DNA from: Geopsychrobacteraceae bacterium | GTDB taxonomy: Bacteria > Desulfobacterota > Desulfuromonadia > Desulfuromonadales > Geopsychrobacteraceae | Length of the DNA: 64,000 bases | Assembly: GCA_963662315.1 (NCBI GenBank) | Contig: OY759353.1 | Location: 3,872,001 to 3,936,000 of the forward strand | Reading direction: 5' to 3' | Shown: positions 10,686 through 20,881 of the stretch, piece after piece | Position numbering within the stretch: the stretch's first letter is position 1 | How the letters are laid out: each line of letters starts with the position of its first letter | Program-made: the position numbers and the translations under genes | The notes under the pieces: model-generated | Databases searched by the model: none | The model's input: only the letters and a program-made list of their open reading frames with translations | Told to the model about the DNA's origin: nothing

Positions 10686-10747
10686 ATTCATTTCCGGCTG
10701 TACGTACTTAACGACAGTGATCACAATAGATTAAGGAGAAATTCACC

Positions 10748-12100
10748 ATGAAAAAACTGGTTTTGGTCCTGCTGACCTTCCTGTGCCTGATACCGACCCT
10801 CGCTTTGGCTGAGGATGCTCCGGTTTCCGAGATGTCTTACATTCTCAACACCTTTTCCTTCCTGGTCATGGGGATTCTGGTTATGTGGATGGCCGCCGGG
10901 TTCGGGATGCTCGAATCAGGGCTGGTGCGCTCCAAGAACGTGGCCACCATCTGTCTGAAAAACATCTCCCTGTTCGGTATTGCCGGCATTCTGTTTTACG
11001 TGGTCGGTTACAACCTGATGTACGCCGGTGTTGACGGTGGTTTTATCGGCAGCTTCGGTTTCTGGTCGGCCGATGATGCCGCGGCCCTGGCCGGTGATTA
11101 TTCCGGTGGCTATGCCGCCGCGTCTGACTGGTTCTTCCAGATGGTCTTTTGTGGTGCGGCCTGTTCCGTGGTCTCGGGTTGTGTTGCCGAGCGGATCAAG
11201 CTGTGGAGCTTTCTGGCCTTCTGTGTGGTGCTGACCGGGATCATCTACCCGATTCAGGGCTCCTGGACCTGGGGTGGTGGCTGGCTGTCCGCAATGGGCT
11301 TTACCGATTACGCCGGATCGACCCTGGTTCACTCCGTTGGTGGCTGGGCGGCGCTGACCGGTGCCATCATTCTGGGGGCGCGCAAAGGCAAATACGGTAA
11401 AAATGGTCGGATAAACCCGATGCCCGGTTCCAACATTCCTCTGGCCACCCTCGGAACCTTCATCCTGTGGATGGGCTGGTACGGGTTTAACGGTGGTTCG
11501 GTTCTGGCTCTGGGTGCTGCTGGCAGCGCCATCGAAATGTCCAACGTTATGGTCAACACCAACATGGCCGCCTGCGGCGGAATGATCGCCGCCATGATCC
11601 TGGTGCAGATCATGTACAAGAAAGTTGACGTGACCATGGCGTTAAACGGCGCCCTGGCAGGTCTGGTCTCCATTACAGCCGGTCCGGCCACCCCGTCTTT
11701 GGGAGCGGCAACCCTGATCGGTGCTGTCGGTGGCATCCTGGTTGTGCTGGCTGTTCCGTTTTTTGACAAGCTGAAAATTGATGACGTCGTTGGTGCTCTG
11801 TCCGTCCACCTGGTGTGTGGTGTATGGGGAACCCTGGCGGTTCCATTCACCAATGATGACGCCAGTTTCGGCGTGCAGTTTATCGGTGTCGCCGCTACGG
11901 CGGTCTTCGTGGTCATCACCACCTCTGTGGTGTGGCTGCTCCTGAAGTACACCGTCGGTATCCGCGTCAGTGAAGAAGAAGAGATGCTCGGGTGTGACTC
12001 AACGGAAATCGGTATGGAAGCCTACCCCGACTTCCAGCGCGTCAGCATTGGTGGCGCCAGTGGCATTTCCGGTTACACCTCTTCGCCGGAAGGGCGCTAA
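10748..12100 (+). CDS. amtB: Ammonium transporter
   Basis: DYAGSTLVH, WMGWYGFNGGS, NGALAGLVSITA, DDVVGALSVH (both channel His residues present). Confidence 0.97.
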   Translation: MKKLVLVLLTFLCLIPTLALAEDAPVSEMSYILNTFSFLVMGILVMWMAAGFGMLESGLVRSKNVATICLKNISLFGIAGILFYVVGYNLMYAGVDGGFIGSFGFWSADDAAALAGDYSGGYAAASDWFFQMVFCGAACSVVSGCVAERIKLWSFLAFCVVLTGIIYPIQGSWTWGGGWLSAMGFTDYAGSTLVHSVGGWAALTGAIILGARKGKYGKNGRINPMPGSNIPLATLGTFILWMGWYGFNGGSVLALGAAGSAIEMSNVMVNTNMAACGGMIAAMILVQIMYKKVDVTMALNGALAGLVSITAGPATPSLGAATLIGAVGGILVVLAVPFFDKLKIDDVVGALSVHLVCGVWGTLAVPFTNDDASFGVQFIGVAATAVFVVITTSVVWLLLKYTVGIRVSEEEEMLGCDSTEIGMEAYPDFQRVSIGGASGISGYTSSPEGR

Positions 12101-12124
12101 GCGTATCTGAAGTAGATTTCCTCC

Positions 12125-12161
12125 AATAAAAAAGGCTCCCGTGCAGGGGGCCTTTTTTATT
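12125..12161 (+). terminator. Intrinsic terminator after amtB (bidirectional shape)
   Basis: AATAAAAAAGGCTCCC-GTGCA-GGGGGCCTTTTTTATT. Confidence 0.85.
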
Positions 12162-12551
12162 GTCTGCTATTATCAACCCGATTTGTTTTCACGGTTCATT
12201 TCTCAACTTCTCTGAACATGACCAAATGATCATCTTCCGGTCATGATCACATCATTTCTATTCTCTATTATCTGCCAACTTAATGAGAGAACTCCGCTTT
12301 TCATAAAAGCGGCAGCGGCGAAGATTCCCTTCGTTGTCAGCCGCTATAGAGTAAGTTCCTGACATTTTCCTACAAAATCGGACAGTTTTTCTACAGCTTG
12401 AGCTTTGACGGTCCGTTACAACTCAGGTTGAGCAGGCTGTTGCTTGGTCAATGACAGGACCACTTGCTAACTGCTGATGGTTGCCACACTGAAATAAGCG
12501 TTTATTACCACCAGCTATTCCATATTTTTGCTACGACGACAGGTGAAGAAT

Positions 12552-14525
12552 GTGCAAATAAAAAATTCCCGCTTTCAATTGATCCTCTTGGTCTACCTGG
12601 TCAGTCTGGCCATTTTTACCCTGACCAGAACCGTTCTGTTGGTAATCAGCTGGCATGATTTAGGGACTTTGTCAGCCTCGAACCTGCTGGAAATTTACGC
12701 CAGGGGCTTGTTGTTTGACAGTGCTTATTGTGCGTATGCCCTGATTTTGCCGACCCTGTATATCTGGTTGTTCCCGGCTCGTTTCTGGTCAGCCCGCTGG
12801 CATAGTTACTTAGCTCAGCTGATCGGTTTCGTTGTCCTGTACCAGATGCTGTTTGTCGCTGTTGCTGAATATCTGTTCTGGGATGAATTCAAAGTCAGGT
12901 TCAATTTCATCGCCATCGATTACTTGATCTACCGGCGTGAGGTGACTGACAACATTGTTCAGTCCTACCCGGTGGCGCTGATTATGGGGCTGTTACTGGT
13001 TGTCTGTGGGGCTGTCTTCTGGTGGCTGCGGCCAATCGTAATGCGGGCTCTAAACTGTCGGGAGCCATTTGGTGATCGCAGTTTGATTGCCATTGTTTTG
13101 TTACTGGTTCCGTTGCTGGCTTACCTGGGGTTGTCACAGTCGCTGCGGCAGTTTAGCGATAATAACTATATTAATGAACTGACCGGCAATGGTCCTTACC
13201 AATTTGTGGCAGCGTTTCGCAATAACGAACTTGATTACAATCATTTTTATAATACCTTGTCGGTGGCTGAAGCGGATCGCCTGTTACGGGAGGAAGTGGC
13301 AGAACCAAATGCTGCTTTTTTAAGTTCAGAACCGTTTGATATCCGCCGCGATATTACTGTTTCCGGTCCGGAACGGCCCCTCAATGTTATTCTGGTAACC
13401 ATTGAAAGCCTCAGCTCCGATTTTCTTGGCTACTTTGGCAACACCAAAGGATTGACCCCCAATCTTGATCGCCTGGTTGGCGACAGTCTCTTTTTTACGA
13501 ATTTCTATGCCACCGGCACCCGGACCACACGTGGCCTGGAAGCCTTGGCCCTGTCAATTCCGCCCACCCCCGGCCGCTCCATTGTCAAGCGTCTGGGGCG
13601 GGAGACCGATCAATGGTCCCTTGGACAGGTCCTGGGTGACAAAGGTTATCAGCCCTATTTTGTCTACGGCGGGCGCAGTTATTTTGAAAATATGGGGAGT
13701 TTCTTTCAGGGGAACGGTTATGCCGTTATTGATCAAAGCAGCGTGCCATCCGACCAGATCCACTTTGCCAACGCCTGGGGGATGGCTGACGAAGATCTTT
13801 ATCAGCAGGCCGTCAATACAGCCGACAGCGAATATGCCAAGCAGCGACCATTCTTGCTGCACCTGATGACCACCTCCAATCACCGCCCCTATACCTATCC
13901 GGACGGGCGTATCGATATCGCGTCAGGAAGCGGTCGTTTAGGTGCTGTAAAATACACGGATTACGCTATTGGCCAGTTCCTGCAGCAGGCCCGCAGCAAG
14001 CCCTGGTTCCGGGATACGATCTTTGTTTTCGTTGCTGATCACCAGGCCGGGAGTGCCGGTAAACGAACCCTGCCTCTGGAACGTTATCACATCCCTCTGT
14101 GGATCTATTCTCCAGCCCACATCAAGCCGCAGATCAACAGTACCCTGGCCAGCCAGGTCGATGTTGCGCCAACCCTGCTTGGTCTGCTTAACATGAGCTA
14201 TCGTTCCTGCTTTTTCGGGCGCGATATTCTGAAGTCGCCAGCCCGCCGGGCGCTGATTGCCAACTACCAGTACCTGGGGCTGTACGACGGGCAGGAGATG
14301 GCGATTCTTGAACCGCAAAAGGTGGCCAGCCTGCAAAAAATTGTCAATGGGGTACAATTAGCAGAGCAGTCGGCATTACGGGCGGATCCTTTCCTTAAGC
14401 GTGACATCAGCTATTACCAGGGGGCCGCGTACGTTTATCGTCATCGCCTGAACGCCTGGAGCCAGCGCAATGATCTGTCTGTTTCAGGGCCGCTGCATGC
14501 TGCCGTAGATGGAAGCTCACATTAA
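12552..14525 (+). CDS. LTA synthase family / sulfatase-like membrane protein
   Basis: About five N-terminal TM helices, NVILVTIESL, GTRTTRGLEA (catalytic Thr), TTSNHRPY, VADH. GTG start at 12552 follows AGGTG (the track starts at 12528). Confidence 0.9.
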   Translation: MQIKNSRFQLILLVYLVSLAIFTLTRTVLLVISWHDLGTLSASNLLEIYARGLLFDSAYCAYALILPTLYIWLFPARFWSARWHSYLAQLIGFVVLYQMLFVAVAEYLFWDEFKVRFNFIAIDYLIYRREVTDNIVQSYPVALIMGLLLVVCGAVFWWLRPIVMRALNCREPFGDRSLIAIVLLLVPLLAYLGLSQSLRQFSDNNYINELTGNGPYQFVAAFRNNELDYNHFYNTLSVAEADRLLREEVAEPNAAFLSSEPFDIRRDITVSGPERPLNVILVTIESLSSDFLGYFGNTKGLTPNLDRLVGDSLFFTNFYATGTRTTRGLEALALSIPPTPGRSIVKRLGRETDQWSLGQVLGDKGYQPYFVYGGRSYFENMGSFFQGNGYAVIDQSSVPSDQIHFANAWGMADEDLYQQAVNTADSEYAKQRPFLLHLMTTSNHRPYTYPDGRIDIASGSGRLGAVKYTDYAIGQFLQQARSKPWFRDTIFVFVADHQAGSAGKRTLPLERYHIPLWIYSPAHIKPQINSTLASQVDVAPTLLGLLNMSYRSCFFGRDILKSPARRALIANYQYLGLYDGQEMAILEPQKVASLQKIVNGVQLAEQSALRADPFLKRDISYYQGAAYVYRHRLNAWSQRNDLSVSGPLHAAVDGSSH

Positions 14526-14527
14526 CT

Positions 14528-16177
14528 ATGTCAGGATATACATTGAAACTGAATTCTTTTAAAATCTCCAGCCAACACCTGATCTTTTGCGTGTCTCTAT
14601 TGCTGGTTGTCTTTTACAACGGTAATTTTTTTTCAGCAGTGGCGAAAACCTACCCGCTGACGTTTGGCAATGGCGCACGCATGATTTCGGTCGCCATTGT
14701 TTTCGTGTTTTTTCTCCAGCTGCTCTTCTCCCTGTTTAATAATCGTTTTCTGCTCAAGCCGGTGCTGATCGGTGCGGTTATGGTGGCGGCGGCGATCCGG
14801 TATTACTCCGGGAGCTATGATGTCATCATTGATGTGACCATGGTGCAGAATATTCTTGAGACCGACAGCTCAGAAGCGTTTGACCTGATTAACAGTGGAC
14901 TGCTTCTCAGTCTGCTGGTGTGGGGTGTGCTGCCGGCGCTTTTGATTGGCCTGGTCAGGGTTGAACACTATCCCCTGCGCGCGGCCCTGAAACGCAATCT
15001 GGTCAATATGGGGATCGCGGTGCTGGTCATTGCGGTCTGCATGTTATCCTTCGGCAGGTTTTACGCCTCGTTTTTACGTCAGCATAAAACGTTGCGCTAT
15101 CATACCAATCCGACCTATGCCATTTACTCCGTTGGTCAATATGTTGGCAGGCAGTTCAAAAGCAGCCGTAAGCCACTGAAGCACATTGGTCTGGATGCCC
15201 ACCAGCTACCCCCTAACGGGAAACGTCGGCTGGCTATTGTTGTGGTTGGCGAAGCTGTACGTGCCGATCATTTACAGCGTAATGGTTATGCCCGGGAAAC
15301 CACGCCGCTGCTTGATCAGGAAGCAACCTACAATTTTCCTAATATGTACTCGTGCGGAACGTCAACAGCGGTTTCCGTCCCTTGCATGTTTTCGATATAT
15401 GACCGGCGCGATTACACCGACAGTAAAGGGAAAAATACTGAAAATGTCATGGATGTGCTGAACCGAGCCGGAGTGGCTGTTTTGTGGCGGGATAACAATT
15501 CGAGTTCCAAGGGGGTGGCCAATCGGATCCCTAACGAGAACTTTAAAACGCCGGATAACAATCCCGTCTGTGAGGGGGAGTGCCGCGACGAGGGGATGCT
15601 GAGTGGGCTGCAGGATTACATTGATCAGCACGCCAGTCAGGATATCCTGATTGTGTTGCATCAGATGGGTAATCATGGCCCGGCCTATTTTAAGCGTTAT
15701 CCTGCCGAATATGAAAAGTTCACGCCGGTTTGTAACAGCAACCAGCTGGAACAGTGCAGTCAGGATGAGATTATCAATACTTATGACAATGCGCTGCTGT
15801 ACACCGATTATTTTCTCGACCAGGTCATCGCGTTACTGAAAAGCAATGATGGCCGTTTTAAAAGTTCCATGCTCTATATCAGTGATCATGGCGAATCGCT
15901 GGGGGATAACGGGCTCTACCTGCATGGTATGCCTTACCTGATTGCTCCGGATGAGCAAAAGCATGTTGCCGCGACATTATGGCTGGGGGACAGTTTTAAG
16001 CAGGACATTGCTACCGATAAGTTAATGGCTGTCAGCGCCGAACAGCTTTCGCATGACAACCTGTTTCATTCTCTGCTAGGATTGATGCGCGTGCGGACCG
16101 AGGTCTACCAACAGGATAAAGATATCTTTGCCGACCTGGCAAAGACTCAGGATATTGCCCACAACAGGACGGAATAA
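14528..16177 (+). CDS. eptA: Phosphoethanolamine--lipid A transferase (EptA/MCR family)
   Basis: VGEAVRADH, SCGTSTAVSVPCMFS, LHQMGNHGPAY, SDHGESLG..GLYLHG; N-terminal membrane domain. Confidence 0.95.
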   Translation: MSGYTLKLNSFKISSQHLIFCVSLLLVVFYNGNFFSAVAKTYPLTFGNGARMISVAIVFVFFLQLLFSLFNNRFLLKPVLIGAVMVAAAIRYYSGSYDVIIDVTMVQNILETDSSEAFDLINSGLLLSLLVWGVLPALLIGLVRVEHYPLRAALKRNLVNMGIAVLVIAVCMLSFGRFYASFLRQHKTLRYHTNPTYAIYSVGQYVGRQFKSSRKPLKHIGLDAHQLPPNGKRRLAIVVVGEAVRADHLQRNGYARETTPLLDQEATYNFPNMYSCGTSTAVSVPCMFSIYDRRDYTDSKGKNTENVMDVLNRAGVAVLWRDNNSSSKGVANRIPNENFKTPDNNPVCEGECRDEGMLSGLQDYIDQHASQDILIVLHQMGNHGPAYFKRYPAEYEKFTPVCNSNQLEQCSQDEIINTYDNALLYTDYFLDQVIALLKSNDGRFKSSMLYISDHGESLGDNGLYLHGMPYLIAPDEQKHVAATLWLGDSFKQDIATDKLMAVSAEQLSHDNLFHSLLGLMRVRTEVYQQDKDIFADLAKTQDIAHNRTE

Positions 16178-16545
16178 TGCAGAAAAATACCGGGATCAGA
16201 AGGATTGTATTGGCCGGGGGGTACTCTTTGGCCGGTATCAGGGCGGCGCTACGCCATGAAGCCGCCTTTCGCCAAGAGGCGGCGTTGGCAGTGATTATGG
16301 TGATTGTCGCCTTGCTGATGCCGGTAGTCGTGACCCAACGGGTACTGCTGATCGCTTCAGTGGTGCTGGTGATGATTGTTGAACTGCTCAATTCGGCCAT
16401 TGAGGCGGTCGTTGACCGGATTGGCAGCGAACACCACGAACTGTCCGGACGCGCCAAGGATATGGGCTCGGCGGCGGTACTGATCTCCTTGCTGCTGACC
16501 CTTTACGTCTGGATTGAGATTCTCTGGCCCGTGGTTACCAACTGA
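16177..16545 (+). CDS. dgkA: Diacylglycerol kinase
   Basis: HEAAFRQE, VELLNSAIEAVVDRIG.EHHELSGRAKDMGSAAV; coupled to eptA by TAATG. Confidence 0.96.
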   Translation: MQKNTGIRRIVLAGGYSLAGIRAALRHEAAFRQEAALAVIMVIVALLMPVVVTQRVLLIASVVLVMIVELLNSAIEAVVDRIGSEHHELSGRAKDMGSAAVLISLLLTLYVWIEILWPVVTN

Positions 16546-16579
16546 CGCCTGCTTTGAACCTGCAAAGGATTTAACCGCT

Positions 16580-17254
16580 ATGCGTATTCTGCTGGTAGAA
16601 GACGATAACCGCACCGCCCAGTTCGTTCGCAAAGGTTTTACGGAAGCCGGTTTTGCCGTTGATCGTGCCGCTGACGGACTGGAGGGGCTGTTTATGGCCC
16701 AGGATGCGCCCTACGATGCGGCCATTATTGACATCATGTTGCCCCGCTTGGATGGCCTGACCCTGATTGAGCGTTTGCGTAAACAGAAGATCAGCATGCC
16801 GATTATCGTTTTGAGCGCTAAAAATAGCGTTGATGAACGGGTCCAGGGGCTGCAGTCTGGTGGCGATGATTATCTGGTCAAACCGTTTGCTTTTACCGAG
16901 CTGCTGGTGCGGGTGCAGACCTTGCTGCGTCGTAGTCAGCGCCAGGAAGAAGCGACCAGCCTGACGGTGGATGATCTGGTTCTGGATATGGTCAAACGCA
17001 AAGTGCAGCGTGGTGATACCCCGATAGAGTTGCAGCACCGTGAATTTTCCCTGCTTGAATATCTGATGCGCAACAGCGGGCGGGTCGTCTCCAAGACCAT
17101 GATCATGGAACATGTCTGGGATTATAACTTTGATCCTGAAAGCAATGTTGTTGAATCGCGCATCTGCCGCCTGCGGGATAAAATTGATCTGCCCGGGGCG
17201 GCTAAACTGATCCATACCATCCGTGGCGCCGGCTATGTCCTGGAAAGGCGTTGA
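16580..17254 (+). CDS. OmpR-family response regulator (CusR/CopR-like)
   Basis: MRILLVEDD, DIMLP, DDYLVKPF, IHTIRGAGY; start at ATG 16580. Confidence 0.93.
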   Translation: MRILLVEDDNRTAQFVRKGFTEAGFAVDRAADGLEGLFMAQDAPYDAAIIDIMLPRLDGLTLIERLRKQKISMPIIVLSAKNSVDERVQGLQSGGDDYLVKPFAFTELLVRVQTLLRRSQRQEEATSLTVDDLVLDMVKRKVQRGDTPIELQHREFSLLEYLMRNSGRVVSKTMIMEHVWDYNFDPESNVVESRICRLRDKIDLPGAAKLIHTIRGAGYVLERR

Positions 17255-17257
17255 GCC

Positions 17258-18628
17258 GTGTTTAAAACCCTTGCCGCTCGTCTGACCTTCCTGTATCTGC
17301 TGCTGTTCAGTCTCCTGTCGCTACTGGTGTTCGGCATTATCTCTTATTCCCTGGAAGAAAATCTGCTCAGTCGGGCTGATGGTTATTTTGCCGAAGAGGC
17401 CGGAGAGTTTGCCAAAATTCTGCAGCAGGGCGGAGTGGACGCCGTACGTCGTGAAATCCGGCTGGAAACCGAGAGCAAAGGGGTTGATCAGCTGTTTATC
17501 CGTATTTATTCGCCAGCGAAAGGTACGGTCGCCGTGTCCGATCTGCGCAGTTGGAGAACCCTGCCGGAATTCAGCGCGATCCTGTCGACCATCAATGATG
17601 GTCCTGAATATTTCATGGTTGATCTGCCGCAAGGGAATGCCCGCATCTTTCATCATTCCATTGGCCAGGGATATATTTTTCAGGCCGGTATGCTGCTGAT
17701 CGAAGATCAGTTGCTGCTAGAGCGGCTACGGCGCTTTTTTGCCTTTGGTTTTGTCTGCACCCTGATTGGAGGCAGTTTTATCGGTTTTTATATTTCCCGT
17801 CGGGCGCTGCGGGGCGTGCACACGGTTCGGGAACGCGCAGAGTTGATCGGGCTAGGTGATTTAAGTCAGGAGATTATGTTTCAGGACAAGACCGAAGAGA
17901 TCAATCACCTGATCGCGGCGGTCAATCATATGCAACGCCAGATAAAAAAGCTGATTCAGGAACTGCAGGATGTCACCAACAATATTGCTCATGATTTGCG
18001 CAGTCCGGTGACCCGTATGCGGGGACTGGCAGAAACGACCCTGACCGGGGAACCGACCACGGAGGATTATCGCAATATGGCCGGTGCCGTTGTTGAGGAA
18101 TGTGACAGCCTGGTCGGGATGATCAACACCATGCTGGAGATCGCCGAGGCGGATGCCGGGATTAAGCGGCTCGACCTTGTTCCGGTGGATATTGCACTGA
18201 TGCTGCAGGACCTTGTCGATCTGTTTTCAACTTTGGCCGAGGATAAACATATTGGCATGACCCTGGCTGAAGCACCCGGACCATTGCTGGTCGCAGCAGA
18301 TCGTAGCCGTTTGCAGCGCGCTTTGGCCAATCTGCTTGATAATGCGATTAAGTTTACGCCGGCCGAAGGAGCGATCAGAATTTATACAGAAATTGTGGAT
18401 GGACAGGTATTCATTCACATTGCTGATAGCGGAAGCGGTATTTCCAAGGCTGACCTGCCGCGCGTCTGTGAACGCTTTTTTCGTGGTGATGGCAGTCGTT
18501 CCACTTCCGGTACCGGTCTGGGGTTGAGCCTGGTGCTGATGATCGCCCGTTCTCATGGCGGCGAGCTGCAATTGTTCAGTGAAGAAGGGCTGGGGACAGA
18601 AGCGGTACTGAGCTTGCCACTGAGCTGA
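17258..18628 (+). CDS. HAMP-domain sensor histidine kinase
   Basis: Two TM segments, IAHDLRSP H-box, NLLDNAIKF, DSGSGI, GTGLGL. Confidence 0.93.
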   Translation: MFKTLAARLTFLYLLLFSLLSLLVFGIISYSLEENLLSRADGYFAEEAGEFAKILQQGGVDAVRREIRLETESKGVDQLFIRIYSPAKGTVAVSDLRSWRTLPEFSAILSTINDGPEYFMVDLPQGNARIFHHSIGQGYIFQAGMLLIEDQLLLERLRRFFAFGFVCTLIGGSFIGFYISRRALRGVHTVRERAELIGLGDLSQEIMFQDKTEEINHLIAAVNHMQRQIKKLIQELQDVTNNIAHDLRSPVTRMRGLAETTLTGEPTTEDYRNMAGAVVEECDSLVGMINTMLEIAEADAGIKRLDLVPVDIALMLQDLVDLFSTLAEDKHIGMTLAEAPGPLLVAADRSRLQRALANLLDNAIKFTPAEGAIRIYTEIVDGQVFIHIADSGSGISKADLPRVCERFFRGDGSRSTSGTGLGLSLVLMIARSHGGELQLFSEEGLGTEAVLSLPLS

Positions 18629-18688
18629 GGGCTTGCTGTCCTTGCCGCGCCGAAAAATTCTCGTTTTCAAGTGGATAACCGGATAGCC

Positions 18689-19462
18689 TTACCGTCCGGT
18701 GATCGTTTGCGGAGAACTTTTAAACCATTTGAAGTAAAGGCGCTGATACTCGCCGCTTTTTTGTAATCTGTCCAAGGCGCGATTGACCTGGTCGCGTAAG
18801 CGGGTGTTGTGCGGGAAGGCGATGGCATAGTCCTGCTGCATATACAACGAGCCGACAATGGTCAGCAACTGCTGATCCTGTTTGCGCAAAAAATCAGCAA
18901 TTACCGGGGAATCAAAGACGACCGCATCGGTCCCGCCTGATAATAATTCCAAAAACATGGCATCGGTGTTGGGGAACAGCTTCAGCTCTTTGGGGCTTGT
19001 CTTGCTCCTGACGAAATCGGCGCTGGTTGTGCCAAATTTGGTGGCAACGGTTTTGCCGTTGAGATCGTCAAGAGAGGAGATGGCCAAATTATCGCTGCGC
19101 ACCAGAATCTGTAACCCCGAACGGTAATAGGGCTGTGAAAAGTCGATGGCGGCCAGACGGTCCGGTTTGATGGTGATTCCCGCGATGGCGGCGTCAAATT
19201 CGCCCTTCTGCAGTCCGGGAATAATAGCGTTGAAATTGGTCGGTTGCAGTCGGTATTCCAGATTTTCCTCCCTGGCGATAGCTTGCCACAGATCAATGTC
19301 AAAACCGACATAGTTGCCATTGCGATCCTTGAATTCAAACGGCGGAAAGTTTTTGTCGATGGCGATCAGCAGTTGTTCAGCAGCAAAAGCAGGCATAACC
19401 AGCAACTGCAAACCGATCAAGCTGAGTAGAAATCCCCAAACCAATAAATGACGCCTGCCCAT
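18689..19462 (-). CDS. Polar amino acid (glutamine-like) periplasmic binding protein
   Basis: Signal peptide, FPPFEF, GFDIDLW, IAGITI..DR, DFSQPYY.SG, VATKFGTTS (GlnH-like). Confidence 0.88.
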   Translation of the reverse strand: MGRRHLLVWGFLLSLIGLQLLVMPAFAAEQLLIAIDKNFPPFEFKDRNGNYVGFDIDLWQAIAREENLEYRLQPTNFNAIIPGLQKGEFDAAIAGITIKPDRLAAIDFSQPYYRSGLQILVRSDNLAISSLDDLNGKTVATKFGTTSADFVRSKTSPKELKLFPNTDAMFLELLSGGTDAVVFDSPVIADFLRKQDQQLLTIVGSLYMQQDYAIAFPHNTRLRDQVNRALDRLQKSGEYQRLYFKWFKSSPQTITGR

Positions 19463-19465
19463 CTG

Positions 19466-20881
19466 TTAATTACCCTCTGCGCTTCGGCGTCTTTTCAGAC
19501 GCTTGCTCAGGCTCGGTTGGGCAATGCCCAGCAAGCGGGCGGCCTGGGTCTGATTTCCGGCGGCCCGTTCCAATGCGGCCTCGACCAGCAATTCACTGGC
19601 TTCGTTGAGGGTCGGCAGTTCATCGAGGCATAAGAAGGGATTGGTCGCCGGAGTTGCGGACAGCGTCTGATTGGCGGGGGTGATGCGTTCATAAAAGCTG
19701 GACATGGACAACACGCCACCGCTATGGAGACTGACGGCATTAAAAATCATACTGCGCAATTCGCGGACGTTGCCCGGAAAGCTGTAGGATGCCAGTAACG
19801 TCGCCAATTGGGGGGGCGGCGTTGGCTTGGCTTTCCCCTGATCCTCAGCGGCCTGGGCCAGGAAGTGGTCAATCAACAACGGTAGGTCTTCGCGACGTTG
19901 GCGTAACGGCGGAATGCGCACCTGGTGGGCCTGAATGCGGAAGTACAGGTCGCGCCGGAAAGCTCCGCTGGCGACCTTGTCTTCCAGATTGTGGTGGGTG
20001 GCAAAGATTATGCGGGCTTTCAGCTGCTGCGCTGTGTCACTCCCGAGCGGATAATATTCCCCTTCCTGAAGAGTCCGTAGCAGTTTGACCTGGCTGGCCT
20101 GGGACAGGTCGCCTATTTCGTCGAGCAGCAAGGTGCCTCCTGTCGCTTTATCGATCATGCCACCGCGGTCACGTTCGGCCCCGGTGAAAGCGCCGCGTTT
20201 GTGACCGAACAGGGTATCGGCAAAGGTGTTGTCATCCAGCCCGGCGACGTTAACGGCGACCAGTTCCCCTGGTGCCTGACTCAAACAGTGGACGGCCTGG
20301 GCGATCAGTTCTTTGCCGACCCCGCTTTCACCGAGGATCAGCAGGGGCTGGGACGACGAGGCAACCGCTTCAAGGTAGCGAAAGACCGTCATCATGGCCG
20401 CGCTACGCGTGACCAGATGGCTGAAGCACTCGGGCTGCTTCAGGGCACTGCTCAAAAAGTTGCGGTGCAGCTTGGTGTTTTCACGTTTCAGTTCCGCCAT
20501 CTGCACAGCGCGACGCACCCCGTCAAGCAGCCGCTCCTCGTCATCGGTTTTGACAAAGTAATCGTAGGCGCCCCGGCGCATGCAGCGCACTGCAGTATCC
20601 AGTTGGTTCAATCCCGAAATAATGACCACCAGAACCTCCGGATAATTATCATTGATCTGCTGCAGAATCTCTTCCCCCGAACTATGGGGCATGGTCAGGT
20701 CAAGCAGGACGACACCGATATCCTGTTGCCTGAGCAAGGTGAGCACATCGCGGCTGTCGCTGCACTTAACCAGATTGTTATAGCCCCCGAGGCTTTGCAG
20801 GGTGCGGCTCAGGCTGCGCAGCCAGGCAGGTTCGTCATCGACCAGCAGGATGGCAAAGTCGGGGTTGGAAGGCGAATTCAT
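19466..20881 (-). CDS. Sigma-54-dependent response regulator (receiver, AAA+, Fis-type HTH)
   Basis: LLVDDE receiver, GESGVGKE, intact GAFTGA, LDEIGD, FPGNVREL, NQTQAARLLGI. Confidence 0.95.
   Translation of the reverse strand: MNSPSNPDFAILLVDDEPAWLRSLSRTLQSLGGYNNLVKCSDSRDVLTLLRQQDIGVVLLDLTMPHSSGEEILQQINDNYPEVLVVIISGLNQLDTAVRCMRRGAYDYFVKTDDEERLLDGVRRAVQMAELKRENTKLHRNFLSSALKQPECFSHLVTRSAAMMTVFRYLEAVASSSQPLLILGESGVGKELIAQAVHCLSQAPGELVAVNVAGLDDNTFADTLFGHKRGAFTGAERDRGGMIDKATGGTLLLDEIGDLSQASQVKLLRTLQEGEYYPLGSDTAQQLKARIIFATHHNLEDKVASGAFRRDLYFRIQAHQVRIPPLRQRREDLPLLIDHFLAQAAEDQGKAKPTPPPQLATLLASYSFPGNVRELRSMIFNAVSLHSGGVLSMSSFYERITPANQTLSATPATNPFLCLDELPTLNEASELLVEAALERAAGNQTQAARLLGIAQPSLSKRLKRRRSAEGN

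Noticed and set aside
14528..16545. Mobile mcr-dgkA resistance cassette
   Set aside because: No insertion sequence, inverted repeats or composition shift; it looks like a native chromosomal operon.
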